NCBI GenBank assembly: GCA_910577075.1
Contig: CAJTKV010000001.1
Span: 6,355 to 70,354, forward strand
Direction of reading: 5' to 3'
Length of the DNA: 64,000 bases
Origin: an uncultured Bacilli bacterium
GTDB lineage: Bacteria > Bacillota_I > Bacilli_A > RF39 > UBA660
Shown here: in pieces, positions 47,708-57,716 of the stretch
Layout of the letters: each line of letters starts with the position of its first letter
Numbering within the stretch: position 1 is the first letter of the stretch
The notes under the pieces: model-generated
Told to the model about the DNA's origin: nothing
Databases searched by the model: none
What the model saw: the letters and a program-made list of their open reading frames with translations, nothing else
Program-made: the position numbers and the translations under genes

Positions 47708-47906
47708 AACTTCGTACTCTCATATTATCAATACTTACAATATTTATAATATTATTGATTTTTTTAGGTAATTCTTATATTATCTGCATTATTAGTATCA
47801 TTTTTATTATAAATATTTCTCTACTGTGGACAAATTGAGGACATTGTCCACAATTGTTCACTGATATAGGTATATCATATTTTAACAATTTATAATAATG
47901 TTCCAT

Positions 47907-48932
47907 TTACTTATTTTCTATTTGTTTTGTTTCACTTAACAATCTATCAAAATCAGATACATAATTATTGTCTTGAATAACTTTGTACCTTTCATACTCA
48001 CTTTCGGCTTTTTCCTTTGCCTGTTTGTGTGATATTTTACCTTTTCCCTCTAAAACATCATAATGAAATACTCTTAATGCATTTTCCACTTCATTCTTCC
48101 AGTCATTCATATACATCGCAATATTTCTTTCGGCATTATTTTCGGCAATATCTAAAAATAAGTTGACTAAATTATTCAAATTCTTAATTTCTTTTTCATC
48201 TAAATAGTTTTTAGCAATTATAACATCTGATTTCATTATTTTCCCATCAGGAGATTTCTCCCACGTCTTAAGACCCATATTATCTTTTTTGGAATCTGCT
48301 CTTTCATAAACAATTTCAGCAGCAGTCTGACCAGTTATAGCAAAGTGGAATTTATTTTGAACCGTTTGATAAAATGTTATAGCTATATCACTATCCTTAT
48401 CGTAATCAATTGAACATTCAGCAAATATATCGGTAATTTTTTGATAAAACATTCTTTCACTTGTACGAATTAATTTAATTCTTTCAAGCAATCTTTTAAA
48501 ATACTCTTGATCAGACTTTCTTGCTTTCATAAATCGTTCATCATTTAAAGCAAACCCTTGAACCATGTAATCTTTAATTATCTTATTTGCCCAAGTTCTA
48601 AATTTGATTGCTTTTTTAGAATTAACTCTAAATCCAATAGAAATAATCATATCAAGATTGTAGTAAGGGTAAACCCTTTTTACATTTCGATTTCCTTCCT
48701 TTTGAACTTGTGCAATTTTTGCACAAGTTGAAGTTTCTTCTAGTTCTTCGTCTTTATATATATTATTGATATGTCTAACAATCCCACTTCTATCAATGCT
48801 AAACAGAGTTGATAAGGCTTCTGTATTTAACCAAACATCTTCGTTTTCTAATAATACTTCCACTTTAGTATTACCATCTTCGTCATTATAAAATAAAATG
48901 TTTTTTTCATTTCCAATTAGTTTATCATTCAT
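47907..48932 (-). CDS. RhuM-family virulence/DNA-binding protein
   Basis: Start moved to MNDKLIG (AAGAAGGTG RBS). VEVLLENEDVWLNTEALSTLF..YYNLDMIISIGFRVNSKKAIKFRTWAN is the RhuM signature. Confidence 0.8.
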   Translation of the reverse strand: MNDKLIGNEKNILFYNDEDGNTKVEVLLENEDVWLNTEALSTLFSIDRSGIVRHINNIYKDEELEETSTCAKIAQVQKEGNRNVKRVYPYYNLDMIISIGFRVNSKKAIKFRTWANKIIKDYMVQGFALNDERFMKARKSDQEYFKRLLERIKLIRTSERMFYQKITDIFAECSIDYDKDSDIAITFYQTVQNKFHFAITGQTAAEIVYERADSKKDNMGLKTWEKSPDGKIMKSDVIIAKNYLDEKEIKNLNNLVNLFLDIAENNAERNIAMYMNDWKNEVENALRVFHYDVLEGKGKISHKQAKEKAESEYERYKVIQDNNYVSDFDRLLSETKQIENK

Positions 48933-49103
48933 TATTGCACCTTCTTTAATAATTATTCTTAAAGTAATCAACTAATAATATTATGTTATTATATAATTCT
49001 TCTGTTCTTAGCATTTCCTGTAATTCATATCTATCATATTTTTGATTAAAAAATATTCAATATTTACTGCCATAATTATTTCAACTCGACATTCAACAAA
49101 AAA

Positions 49104-49274
49104 GATGTCAACAAATTTATTTTTGCTGACATCCCTTAATTTCAATGAATTTTGTCCACATTTTATTCAATCGGTTGACAAACAACAAATTTGTTACCTT
49201 TTAAAAATTTAACTTTTCCATTATTTCATACTATTTACCACAGCAGTTTTTATATTTCTTACCACTTCCGCAAG
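49104..49274 (-). repeat. Copy 1 (functional): secA SEC-C coding tail, spacer and secA terminator
   Basis: 49232-49274 encodes ..CGSGKKYKNCCGK*. Terminator hairpin gatgtca-(16 nt)-tgacatc at 49104-49133 is followed by T6 on the minus strand. Confidence 0.8.
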
Positions 49275-51732
49275 GACATGGATCATTTCTACCAACCTTA
49301 TTTTCTTTCTTAATAGGTTCCTTCTTAGCTTTTTGCTTTCCATCATCAGCTTTGCCTTCCATTGGCTTAGCTGTAAAGTTTTGTTTGATTTCCATTTTAA
49401 GTAAGAATGTTGCAATTGAAGCATCGATATTATCTTGCATTCTTTCAAACATCTCATAACCCTCTAAGGCATATGCTTGAAGTGGATTATTTTGTCCATA
49501 TCCACGTAATCCAATACCTTCTCTTAAGTTATCCATATCAGAAATATGTTTTACCCAAGCTTCATCAATTACACGTAATGAAATGTGTTTTTCAAAGTCT
49601 CTAACGATATCCTCAGGAACGATAGCAATCTTTTCTTCGTAGTCTTCAATTACTCTCTCACTGATAATATTAGCTACTTCATCTTCTGTTAATCCACTTA
49701 ATTCTTCAAGTTTAAGCTTATCAGTTTTAAGAAGATTATGATTAACGTTATCCATAATTGAATTTAAATCATCATCTGTTAGATATCCCTCTGGTTCAAT
49801 ATGTGAATCTATTAAGACATCGATATGGTCATGAATAATATCCAAAATGATGTTATGAATATCTTCAGAATCTAATATTTCATTTCTTCTTTCATAGATA
49901 ATCTTTCTTTGCTCTGAAACAATATTATCATAATCCAGTAAGTTCTTACGCATATCATAGTTGTTTCCTTCAACCTTCTTTTGAGCTGATTCAACTGAAC
50001 GAGTAAACATCTTACTTCTTACTTGTTCCATCTCATCTAAACCTAAAGATTGAACCATACCCTTAATCTTATCAGCTCCAAAGCGATGCATTAGTTCATC
50101 TTCAAAAGAGATAAAGAATTGTGAATATCCTGGATCTCCTTGACGACCAGCACGTCCTCTAAGCTGATTATCAATACGACGCGATTCATGTCTCTCAGTA
50201 CCAATAACACATAGACCACCTAATTCGGCTACACCTTCGCCTAATTTGATATCGGTACCACGACCAGCCATATTAGTTGCAATAGTAACTGCACCTTTTT
50301 CACCAGCCTTGGCAATAATTTCTGCCTCTCTAGCATGATTCTTAGCATTTAATACTTCATGTTTAATATGTTCTTTAGTTAACATCTTTGATAATTTTTC
50401 ATTTGATTCAACACTTATCGTACCAACCAAAATCGGTTGACCTGTTTCATGAACTTCTTTAATGAATTCTACAATAGCCCTATACTTGCCATTAATTGTA
50501 GCATACATTAAATCGCTCATATCCTCTCTTATACAAGGCTTATTTGTAGGTATTTGAATAACATACATGTTATAAATATCTCTAAATTCTTCCTCTTCTG
50601 TCTTTGCTGTACCTGTCATACCTGATATTTTAGCGTACATACGGAATAAATTTTGGAAAGTTATTGTCGCCATCGTACGAGTCTCTTCGTTAATTGGAAC
50701 TCCTTCTTTAGCTTCAATTGCTTGATGTAATCCATCAGAGAATTGTCTTCCTTCCATCAAACGACCTGTAAATTGGTCTACTATAACGACCTTTTGTTCA
50801 CCATCGACAACATAGTCGACATCTAAACTCATTCCATAATTAGCTTTTAACGCCTGATTAATATGATGAACTAGTGCTGTATTATCTGAATCATATAAAT
50901 TTTTTAATTTGAAATACTTTTCAATTTTCTTAGATCCCTCTTCGGTTAAGATAACACTCTTAGTCTTAGCATCAACAGAATAATCATCTTCTTCAGTCAA
51001 AGATTTAACTGCTCTATCAGCTTCAATATAGAGATTAGCTGAATTGACCTTACCACCGCTTATAATCAATGGTGTTCTTGCCTCATCGATTAAGATTGAG
51101 TCTACTTCATCTAGAATAACATAATTAAGTTTTCTTTGAACGCGATCCTCTGCTCTAACAACCATATTATCTCTTAAGTAGTCAAAACCGATTTCATTAT
51201 TAGTAGAATAAGTTACATCACAATTATAAACTTCCCTTTTTTGTTCAGGATTCAATTCTCTTAAATTGATTCCTACACTTATTCCCAAGAATTCAAATAT
51301 AGGTCCCATCCATTTGGCATTACGATCTGTTAAGTATTCATTTACTGTTACAACATGAACACCTTTACCAGTCAAGGCATTTAAATAAGCTGGCAATACA
51401 GTTGTCAATGTCTTACCTTCACCAGTTTTTAATTCTGCTAAGTTACCAAAATGTAATGCTAAACCACCAAGTATTTGTACATAATAAGGCTTTTCGCCTA
51501 TCATACGGAAAGCCGCTTCTCTTGCTGTTGCAAATGCCTTAACTATAACTTCTGTATCATCAATAGTTTTGCCATTTTCTAGCATTCCCTTTAACTTATC
51601 AGTCATCCCTGCTAATTCTTCATCGCTCATCTTTGAATATTCATCATCTAAGGCAACGATTTTATCAGCAATACCTCTAAATCTTTTTAATTCTTTATAT
51701 TCAGTATCTATTAAACTTTTTAAAAATCCCAT
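49231..51732 (-). CDS. secA: Preprotein translocase ATPase SecA
   Basis: 833 aa. AELKTGEGKTL Walker A, ILDEVDSILIDEARTPLIISG, GRAGRQGDPG, C-terminal zinc finger CPCGSGKKYKNCCGK. Confidence 0.97.
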   Translation of the reverse strand: MGFLKSLIDTEYKELKRFRGIADKIVALDDEYSKMSDEELAGMTDKLKGMLENGKTIDDTEVIVKAFATAREAAFRMIGEKPYYVQILGGLALHFGNLAELKTGEGKTLTTVLPAYLNALTGKGVHVVTVNEYLTDRNAKWMGPIFEFLGISVGINLRELNPEQKREVYNCDVTYSTNNEIGFDYLRDNMVVRAEDRVQRKLNYVILDEVDSILIDEARTPLIISGGKVNSANLYIEADRAVKSLTEEDDYSVDAKTKSVILTEEGSKKIEKYFKLKNLYDSDNTALVHHINQALKANYGMSLDVDYVVDGEQKVVIVDQFTGRLMEGRQFSDGLHQAIEAKEGVPINEETRTMATITFQNLFRMYAKISGMTGTAKTEEEEFRDIYNMYVIQIPTNKPCIREDMSDLMYATINGKYRAIVEFIKEVHETGQPILVGTISVESNEKLSKMLTKEHIKHEVLNAKNHAREAEIIAKAGEKGAVTIATNMAGRGTDIKLGEGVAELGGLCVIGTERHESRRIDNQLRGRAGRQGDPGYSQFFISFEDELMHRFGADKIKGMVQSLGLDEMEQVRSKMFTRSVESAQKKVEGNNYDMRKNLLDYDNIVSEQRKIIYERRNEILDSEDIHNIILDIIHDHIDVLIDSHIEPEGYLTDDDLNSIMDNVNHNLLKTDKLKLEELSGLTEDEVANIISERVIEDYEEKIAIVPEDIVRDFEKHISLRVIDEAWVKHISDMDNLREGIGLRGYGQNNPLQAYALEGYEMFERMQDNIDASIATFLLKMEIKQNFTAKPMEGKADDGKQKAKKEPIKKENKVGRNDPCPCGSGKKYKNCCGK

Positions 51733-51868
51733 AAATTAACCTCCAGTAGTAAATATTTTATCACAAATAAATAAAAACAAATAGATTTGCTTTTAAATCT
51801 TAGATATATATATTAAGTAAATCTTCTACTTATTACACTATACCTCAATAAAAGTATACCATAACAAA

Positions 51869-51895
51869 TGAAAAAAGGCTAAGAAAATAGCCTTT
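51869..51895 (-). terminator. Rho-independent terminator after hpf
   Basis: aggcta-agaaaa-tagcct hairpin flanked by A6/T5 runs. Confidence 0.6.
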
Positions 51896-51964
51896 TTCCT
51901 CAAAAAAATCGTACTTTTTAGTTAAAATTCAACTAATATTTTAAGAAATTTATAAAACTTAGTT

Positions 51965-52492
51965 TTATTTGGCATTAATAATACCATATTGTCCATCTTT
52001 TCTCTTATAAAGAACAGATGTGCATTCTTCATCAACATTCTTAAATACAAAGAAATCATGTCCAAGTAATTCCATTTGTAGAATAGCTTCTTCTTCACTC
52101 ATTGGTTTAGATTCAATATTTTTTCTCTTTATTATTTTGGAATCTTCTTCTTTTTCTTCCTCTTCTTCAAATAGCATGAATCCCATAGACTCGACATTTC
52201 TATATCTATTTAATTTAGTCTTATTCTTTCTTATTTGTCTTTCTAAAACATCAATAACTTCATCAACTGCAGCATATAAGTCAGCATGCTTTTCTTCTGC
52301 TCTTAAAGTATATCTATCAGTTGGAATAGTTACTTCAATTGATTGCTCTCCATTCTTAACACGAACTAAAATGTGTGCTGAAATCTTTGTAGGCTCTTCA
52401 AAATATTTTTCAAGACGTTCTAACTTTTCCTTAACATAATTCTTGATTGCCTCTGTAATTTCAATCTTGTCACCACGAATATTAATATTCAT
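51965..52492 (-). CDS. hpf: Ribosome hibernation-promoting factor (long form)
   Basis: MNINIRGDKIEITEAIKNYV start. C-terminal dimerisation domain PMSEEEAILQMELLGHDFFVFKN. Confidence 0.9.
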   Translation of the reverse strand: MNINIRGDKIEITEAIKNYVKEKLERLEKYFEEPTKISAHILVRVKNGEQSIEVTIPTDRYTLRAEEKHADLYAAVDEVIDVLERQIRKNKTKLNRYRNVESMGFMLFEEEEEKEEDSKIIKRKNIESKPMSEEEAILQMELLGHDFFVFKNVDEECTSVLYKRKDGQYGIINAK

Positions 52493-52547
52493 AATATCAC
52501 CTTCCTACTTCAATTATATCAAGGAAATGCGAAATATTAAAGAAATT

Positions 52548-52763
52548 TTATAATACTTCTAGTACAACTTTTTCTACTACTTCCACTGCTTGCAAACCTT
52601 TTACAGTTTCAATTAGTTTAAAATCAACTATATCACCTTCATTTAAGGTCTTATAGCCTTCTTTTAAAATAGCAGAGTAGTGAACAAAAATGTCTTCTAA
52701 GTTTTCTACTTCAATAAATCCATAGCCCTTTTCATTATTGAACCATTTAACTTTTCCAGTCAT
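52548..52763 (-). CDS. Cold-shock domain protein
   Basis: [15 protein letters not shown] (RNP1) and FVHYS (RNP2). Confidence 0.9.
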   Translation of the reverse strand: MTGKVKWFNNEKGYGFIEVENLEDIFVHYSAILKEGYKTLNEGDIVDFKLIETVKGLQAVEVVEKVVLEVL

Positions 52764-52812
52764 GCTTTACACCTTCTTCCTTTAATACATCTCGATTATA
52801 TCCCAACCAAAA

Positions 52813-52839
52813 TGAAAAAAAGGTCGAACGATGTCGACC
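52813..52839 (-). terminator. Rho-independent terminator
   Basis: ggtcga-acgatg-tcgacc hairpin followed by T8 on the minus strand. Lies 4 nt after the stop at 52843. Confidence 0.6.
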
Positions 52840-52842
52840 ACA

Positions 52843-53133
52843 TTAATATTTTAAATAAAAATCTCTCAAATTATAACTTTTCGCTAAAAGTTCCACCTTT
52901 TCTCCTGTTTTTAAAGTAAAACTATTGCCAATAAAATCATATTCTTTAACCAAATCATCATCAACTATGCAATCAAAACTGCACATTTTATAATTATCGG
53001 GCAAAACTTCTAATAAGTTTTTCAATTTTCCTCTGTGTCTAATTCGATAATTTTTATTCTCTGTATGAGCAATCAATTTGCCCTTAGATATCTCTATATA
53101 TTGAATTTTTTCTTTTACATCTTGTATTTTCAT
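52843..53133 (-). CDS. Stand-alone LytTR-like DNA-binding domain protein (tentative)
   Basis: 96 aa. IQYIEISKGKLIAHTENKNYRIRHRGKLKNLLEVLPDNY follows the LytTR pattern I.yIe.....i..ht....y..r.sL..le..Lp. Confidence 0.45.
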   Translation of the reverse strand: MKIQDVKEKIQYIEISKGKLIAHTENKNYRIRHRGKLKNLLEVLPDNYKMCSFDCIVDDDLVKEYDFIGNSFTLKTGEKVELLAKSYNLRDFYLKY

Positions 53134-53142
53134 ATTCTACTC

Positions 53143-53574
53143 CTAATAGTTTCTTTTGCTCTCACGAGCCAAATCTCTTTCTTTAATAGTTTCTCTCTTA
53201 TCATATATCTTTTTACCCTTACATACTCCCAAAAGAACTTTAACTTTATCTTTTTTAAAGTACATTTTTAAAGGGACAAGAGAATAGCCTTGTAATTTGA
53301 TATCTTCCGCTAATCTCTTTATTTCATTTTTGTGTAATAATAACTTGCGACTTCTTCGCTCTTCATGATTAAATCTATTACCCTCATCATACTTGGCAAT
53401 ATACATATTTGTGACAAATACTTCGCCATTTTTAATTCTTGCAAAAGTATCCTTTATACTTACACTGCCCTTTCTAATAGATTTAATCTCCGTTCCCGTA
53501 AGTTCTATGCCACATTCAATTTCTCTTTCAACAAAGTAATCAAAGTAGGCTTTGCGATTATTTATCTCTATCAT
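53143..53574 (-). CDS. smpB: SsrA-binding protein SmpB
   Basis: [38 protein letters not shown]. Confidence 0.95.
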   Translation of the reverse strand: MIEINNRKAYFDYFVEREIECGIELTGTEIKSIRKGSVSIKDTFARIKNGEVFVTNMYIAKYDEGNRFNHEERRSRKLLLHKNEIKRLAEDIKLQGYSLVPLKMYFKKDKVKVLLGVCKGKKIYDKRETIKERDLARESKRNY

Positions 53575-55693
53575 CTTTACCCTCTGTAATCAATGTAAAA
53601 TCAATATATGATAATTCGACATTAACAGAAATACATTTTACTCTTACGCGATCTCCAAAAGTATACTTTTTCTTGCTATTTTTAGCAATTATACATTGAT
53701 GTTCTTCAACAAATGTATATATATCATTAGGCAATGTCTCTAAATTGACAAATCCCTCTACTAAATTATCTAATTGAACGAAGAATCCATTCTTCATAAC
53801 ACCGCTGATAATTGCTGAATACTCTTCATTGATATGGTTTTCCATATATTCGCTCATTTTTTTCTTAGTAACTGCTCTTTCTGCCTCAGTTGCCGCTACT
53901 TCTCTTTCACTACTATGTTCCGCAACGCCTGGTAAATGTTGTTCTAGATAATTAAATGTTTTATTATCCATATTATGTTCAAACAGACATGTCCTTAAAA
54001 TACGATGTACTTGTAAGTCTGGATATCTTCTTATCGGACTTGTAAAATGTGTATAATACATACTAGCTAAGCCAAAATGTCCGATATTATTCGTATCATA
54101 TTTGGCCTTTGGCATACATCTTACAGCCATTGATCTAAATATAGCATCCGTTTCATCACCTGTTGTTATTTGATCTAATAACTTTTGGAACATATGCGGA
54201 TTCATCGTCTTATATTTTCCCTTTATCATCTTTCCTGCGGAAACACAGAAAGTTATATAAGCAGCAATCTTTTCCTCTTTAGGAACATCGTGAACACGAT
54301 AAATACTAGGAATACCTAATTGACTTATCGTTCTCGCCACTGTTTCATTGGCGGCAACCATAAAGTCTTCAATTAATTTTTCACCCTCTAATTGTTCGCG
54401 CTTTTTAATATCAATAGCACGGCCACTCTCATCGCACACAATCTTTGGTTCATCTGTACCAAAATCACTTGCTCCACGGCGAACTCTCTCCGCTCTTATA
54501 ATATGTGCAAGTTCTTGCATATTTCTCATCATTTCGGTAAAGTCCTCATAACCTTCATCAACTATTCCATCCATCAAATAGTGATTTACCGATGTATAAG
54601 TCATCTTCTTTTTGGAATTAATTATCGAAGGATAAATATCCGATTCGACAACCACTCCACTATTATCAATTTTCATTTCACACGTAATAGCACATCTATC
54701 GACATTGGGATTCAATGAACAAATACCATTGGACAATTTATGAGGTAACTGTGGAATAACAGCATCTGCCAAGTAAGAAGAAGTTCCTCTTACAAAGGCT
54801 TCTTTATCCAAAGGCGAGTTTTCCCTAACATAATATGATACATCAGCAATATGAACACCCAATACATATAAATCCCCATCTTTTTCAATACTAATAGCAT
54901 CGTCAATATCTTTAGTTGTAATATCATCAATTGTAACGATTTTTCTATCCGTCAAATCTCTTCTGCCAACTCTATCCTTATCTAATACCTCATTAGGTAG
55001 TGCTTCCGCTTCCTTCATGGCTTCTTCTGGAAATTCTGGATAAATTTCATACTGAGCAGCAATCGTCAAAATATCTTCATTGGCATCATCCTTATGACAA
55101 ATATGTTTAACAACCTCAGCACTATACTTATTCTTACCCAAGTCCTCTATCGTCTTAACGACAACAATTTCTCCTTCTACACACGAAGCTAATGATTCCT
55201 TTGTTATCTCAAGTTCTATTTGGATTTTCTCCTTAGGATCAAAATAGATATTTTTTCCATCGGATTTAATAATACCTACAATATTGCTTAGGTCTCTTTT
55301 TAAAACCTTTAAAACTTTTCCTTCAATTTTTTTCCCATCAGACGCAATTATTTCCACTAAGACTTCATCTTTATCTAACGCATAACCGATATTTTCTCGA
55401 GCAATGTGAATATCTTCTCCATCATTCACAATCAAGAATCCAAAGCCCTTTTTGTTAACTGACAATTTTCCCATTTTAAAATTAGCACATTTACTATATA
55501 ACATGTACTTATCTTTTTTAGTTTTATAAACAACAAAGTCTTTAACTAAAGCATCTAATTCTTCATCTAGACTTCTTAATTCCTCTACTGTTTTTAACTC
55601 AAGTTCATCACTTATAGAGAGTAAATCTAAGGCAATTCCTGAGCGTTCTAAAACAGCTACGATATCTTCTTTCATCTTATCACCTAAATTCAT
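53558..55693 (-). CDS. rnr: Ribonuclease R
   Basis: CSD-like N-terminus GFGFL, RNB domain [15 protein letters not shown] and [27 protein letters not shown]-terminal S1 domain. Confidence 0.95.
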   Translation of the reverse strand: MNLGDKMKEDIVAVLERSGIALDLLSISDELELKTVEELRSLDEELDALVKDFVVYKTKKDKYMLYSKCANFKMGKLSVNKKGFGFLIVNDGEDIHIARENIGYALDKDEVLVEIIASDGKKIEGKVLKVLKRDLSNIVGIIKSDGKNIYFDPKEKIQIELEITKESLASCVEGEIVVVKTIEDLGKNKYSAEVVKHICHKDDANEDILTIAAQYEIYPEFPEEAMKEAEALPNEVLDKDRVGRRDLTDRKIVTIDDITTKDIDDAISIEKDGDLYVLGVHIADVSYYVRENSPLDKEAFVRGTSSYLADAVIPQLPHKLSNGICSLNPNVDRCAITCEMKIDNSGVVVESDIYPSIINSKKKMTYTSVNHYLMDGIVDEGYEDFTEMMRNMQELAHIIRAERVRRGASDFGTDEPKIVCDESGRAIDIKKREQLEGEKLIEDFMVAANETVARTISQLGIPSIYRVHDVPKEEKIAAYITFCVSAGKMIKGKYKTMNPHMFQKLLDQITTGDETDAIFRSMAVRCMPKAKYDTNNIGHFGLASMYYTHFTSPIRRYPDLQVHRILRTCLFEHNMDNKTFNYLEQHLPGVAEHSSEREVAATEAERAVTKKKMSEYMENHINEEYSAIISGVMKNGFFVQLDNLVEGFVNLETLPNDIYTFVEEHQCIIAKNSKKKYTFGDRVRVKCISVNVELSYIDFTLITEGKDDRDK

Positions 55694-55713
55694 TATAACA
55701 CCTAGTACCTCTC

Positions 55714-55742
55714 AAAAATAAAAAAAGTACATAAAATGTACT
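55714..55742 (-). terminator. Rho-independent terminator after secG
   Basis: agtaca-taaaa-tgtact hairpin followed by a T-run on the minus strand. Confidence 0.6.
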
Positions 55743-55744
55743 AA

Positions 55745-55960
55745 TTATTGTAAATATAATATTAAGGAAATAACAAAGAATGCAATTCCCAATATAAGAG
55801 TAACACGACTTATTAAAAGTTCGGCCCCTCTTTCTTTTTGGTTTTGAAACAATTCCGAATTTCCTCCAGAAATAATTTGTCCACCCGCTTGAGCTTTATT
55901 GCTTTGTAATAAAACAAGAGCAATTAATAATATTGATATAACAATAAGTGCTGTTTCCAT
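55745..55960 (-). CDS. secG: Preprotein translocase subunit SecG
   Basis: 71 aa, two TM helices, LLQSNKAQAGG motif. Confidence 0.85.
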   Translation of the reverse strand: METALIVISILLIALVLLQSNKAQAGGQIISGGNSELFQNQKERGAELLISRVTLILGIAFFVISLILYLQ

Positions 55961-56138
55961 TTATTCACCTGATTTCCATAATAATTTAACATATTTAATT
56001 AAAAACTTCAAGAAATTGTTCACAAACAACTTCAAATATATTATTAGTATAAATCATTTGTAAACTATTATCAATAAAAATTTATTATCATTACCATTGA
56101 ATTATTAGTATGTTATAATCTATGAGAGGAGATATGTC

Positions 56139-57374
56139 ATGAAAATAGTTGAATTAACCAATATCCAATTTGATGAATATGCTAAATACCATCCACTGAA
56201 CAATTATTGTCAAACATCTAAATATGCCCTATTAATGAGTGAATATGGCTACTCTTATGATTATATTGGCTTTGTCGATGACAGCAATAATATTCAAGCT
56301 GCTTCTCTTATCTTAACTAAAAAGATTCAAGGAAGAACAAGGTATGGCTATGCTCCAAAGGGATTTTTAGTAAACTACTATGATCAAGCATTATTAAAAG
56401 ATTTCTTAACAGAACTGAGAAAATACTACAAAAAGAAAAATTTTATCTTTATTAAATTCAATCCGGAAATCATCATTGGAGAAACCAGTTTAAAGCAAAA
56501 CTTCGTCGTTTCATACAATGGTAATGTCCGCATTATTGATGACTTAAAAGCCCTAAACGTCAAACGTCGTCTTGAATTACAAGAATTCGATTTAATGATG
56601 CCAAAATTCAATGCCTATCTCAATTTAAAAACATTTGATTTAAACAACTTATGCCGCAATTATCGCAAGAAAATCAAACAAGGTATTAATAAGGGCCTAT
56701 CTCTGACACTTGGAGGACCAAAAGAAGTCGAAATTCTCTATAGTTTCATAAAAAATAAGACCAAAAATAGTTTGTCTTACTACCGTAACTTCTATAATGT
56801 TTTCAATCGCGATAATTCTATTGATTTAGTATTCATAAAAATTGATTTTGAAAAGTACCTAAGTCATGTAAGAGAAGTATATGACCGCGAACAAGCTATA
56901 AATGATCACTTCAATGAACTAATTCAAATGGATCCCAATAAAAAGAATTTAAATGCCAAAATGGACTCTGATAAAAAACTTCAAGGCTATAAGGAAAATA
57001 TTATTAAAGCTACTAACGGTCTTAAGAGACACGCAACAGACATCGTAGCTGGAGCATTAGTTATCAAACATTATAATCGTGTTTCCATTCTTGTAAGCGG
57101 TTATAAAGAGGAATATAAATATTTAAATCCAAATCATTTCTTGCACTATGCCATATTTGAACGCTATAAACCATACTTTAATTACTGTGATATGAATGGT
57201 GTAAGTGGCAATTTTGAACCATCAAGTCCATATCACGGACTAAATCAATTTAAAGTTAAATTTAATCCTGCCATATATGAATTTGTTGGTGAATTTGACC
57301 TTATATGCAGCGAAAGAATATTTAAAAAGCTTATCAAGACGAGCTTTATTGAAGACGAATTTAACAAACAATAA
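56139..57374 (+). CDS. FemAB-family peptidoglycan interpeptide-bridge aminoacyltransferase
   Basis: 411 aa. N-terminus FDEYAKYHPLNNYCQTSKYA, a central coiled-coil insert, C-terminal GVSGNF..YHGLNQFKVKFN. Confidence 0.8.
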   Translation: MKIVELTNIQFDEYAKYHPLNNYCQTSKYALLMSEYGYSYDYIGFVDDSNNIQAASLILTKKIQGRTRYGYAPKGFLVNYYDQALLKDFLTELRKYYKKKNFIFIKFNPEIIIGETSLKQNFVVSYNGNVRIIDDLKALNVKRRLELQEFDLMMPKFNAYLNLKTFDLNNLCRNYRKKIKQGINKGLSLTLGGPKEVEILYSFIKNKTKNSLSYYRNFYNVFNRDNSIDLVFIKIDFEKYLSHVREVYDREQAINDHFNELIQMDPNKKNLNAKMDSDKKLQGYKENIIKATNGLKRHATDIVAGALVIKHYNRVSILVSGYKEEYKYLNPNHFLHYAIFERYKPYFNYCDMNGVSGNFEPSSPYHGLNQFKVKFNPAIYEFVGEFDLICSERIFKKLIKTSFIEDEFNKQ

Positions 57375-57411
57375 GAGTTATATTAATAACTCTTTTTTTA
57401 TATAATTAAAT

Positions 57412-57714
57412 ATGAATAATCAAAGCCTTAAAGACAATCCAAGAGTATTAACATTATCTGCCATCATCTTAGGATATTCTCTTATTGGCGATTACTCGGC
57501 AAATGAACAAAATTCCATAGGAAACTGGTTTATGCTCATAGGTCAAATTCTCGAAACTAATTCCGCCTTTGAACAAATGAAACAAACCAATCAAAATAAT
57601 AACAACTTCTCTAATAATGCCATATTTGATCATCGACTATCCGCAAATGAAGCTGAAATTCAAAAAATAAAAGAGGTTTTAGAAAACCTCATAGATAAAA
57701 TTAATAATTTATAA
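57412..57714 (+). CDS. Small hypothetical protein (100 aa)
   Basis: LSAIILGYSLIGDYSANEQNSIGNWFMLIGQILETNSA resembles a small Clostridia/Bacilli family (..S..EqN.lgn.f..iGq.L). Asn-rich linker. Confidence 0.5.
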   Translation: MNNQSLKDNPRVLTLSAIILGYSLIGDYSANEQNSIGNWFMLIGQILETNSAFEQMKQTNQNNNNFSNNAIFDHRLSANEAEIQKIKEVLENLIDKINNL

Positions 57715-57716
57715 TA

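Noticed and set aside
47826-47855. 9-bp perfect stem tgtggacaa / ttgtccaca downstream of rhuM, considered as a terminator.
   Set aside because: No T-run follows on the transcribed strand. It may be a recombination or protein-binding site related to the secA-downstream spacer, and is mentioned under the repeat finding only.
51733-53143. Search for a tmRNA (ssrA) or other structured RNA near smpB and in the 230-bp hpf-secA spacer.
   Set aside because: No tRNA-like acceptor or T-arm sequence was found. The spacer contains only a terminator hairpin and promoter-like AT-rich DNA.
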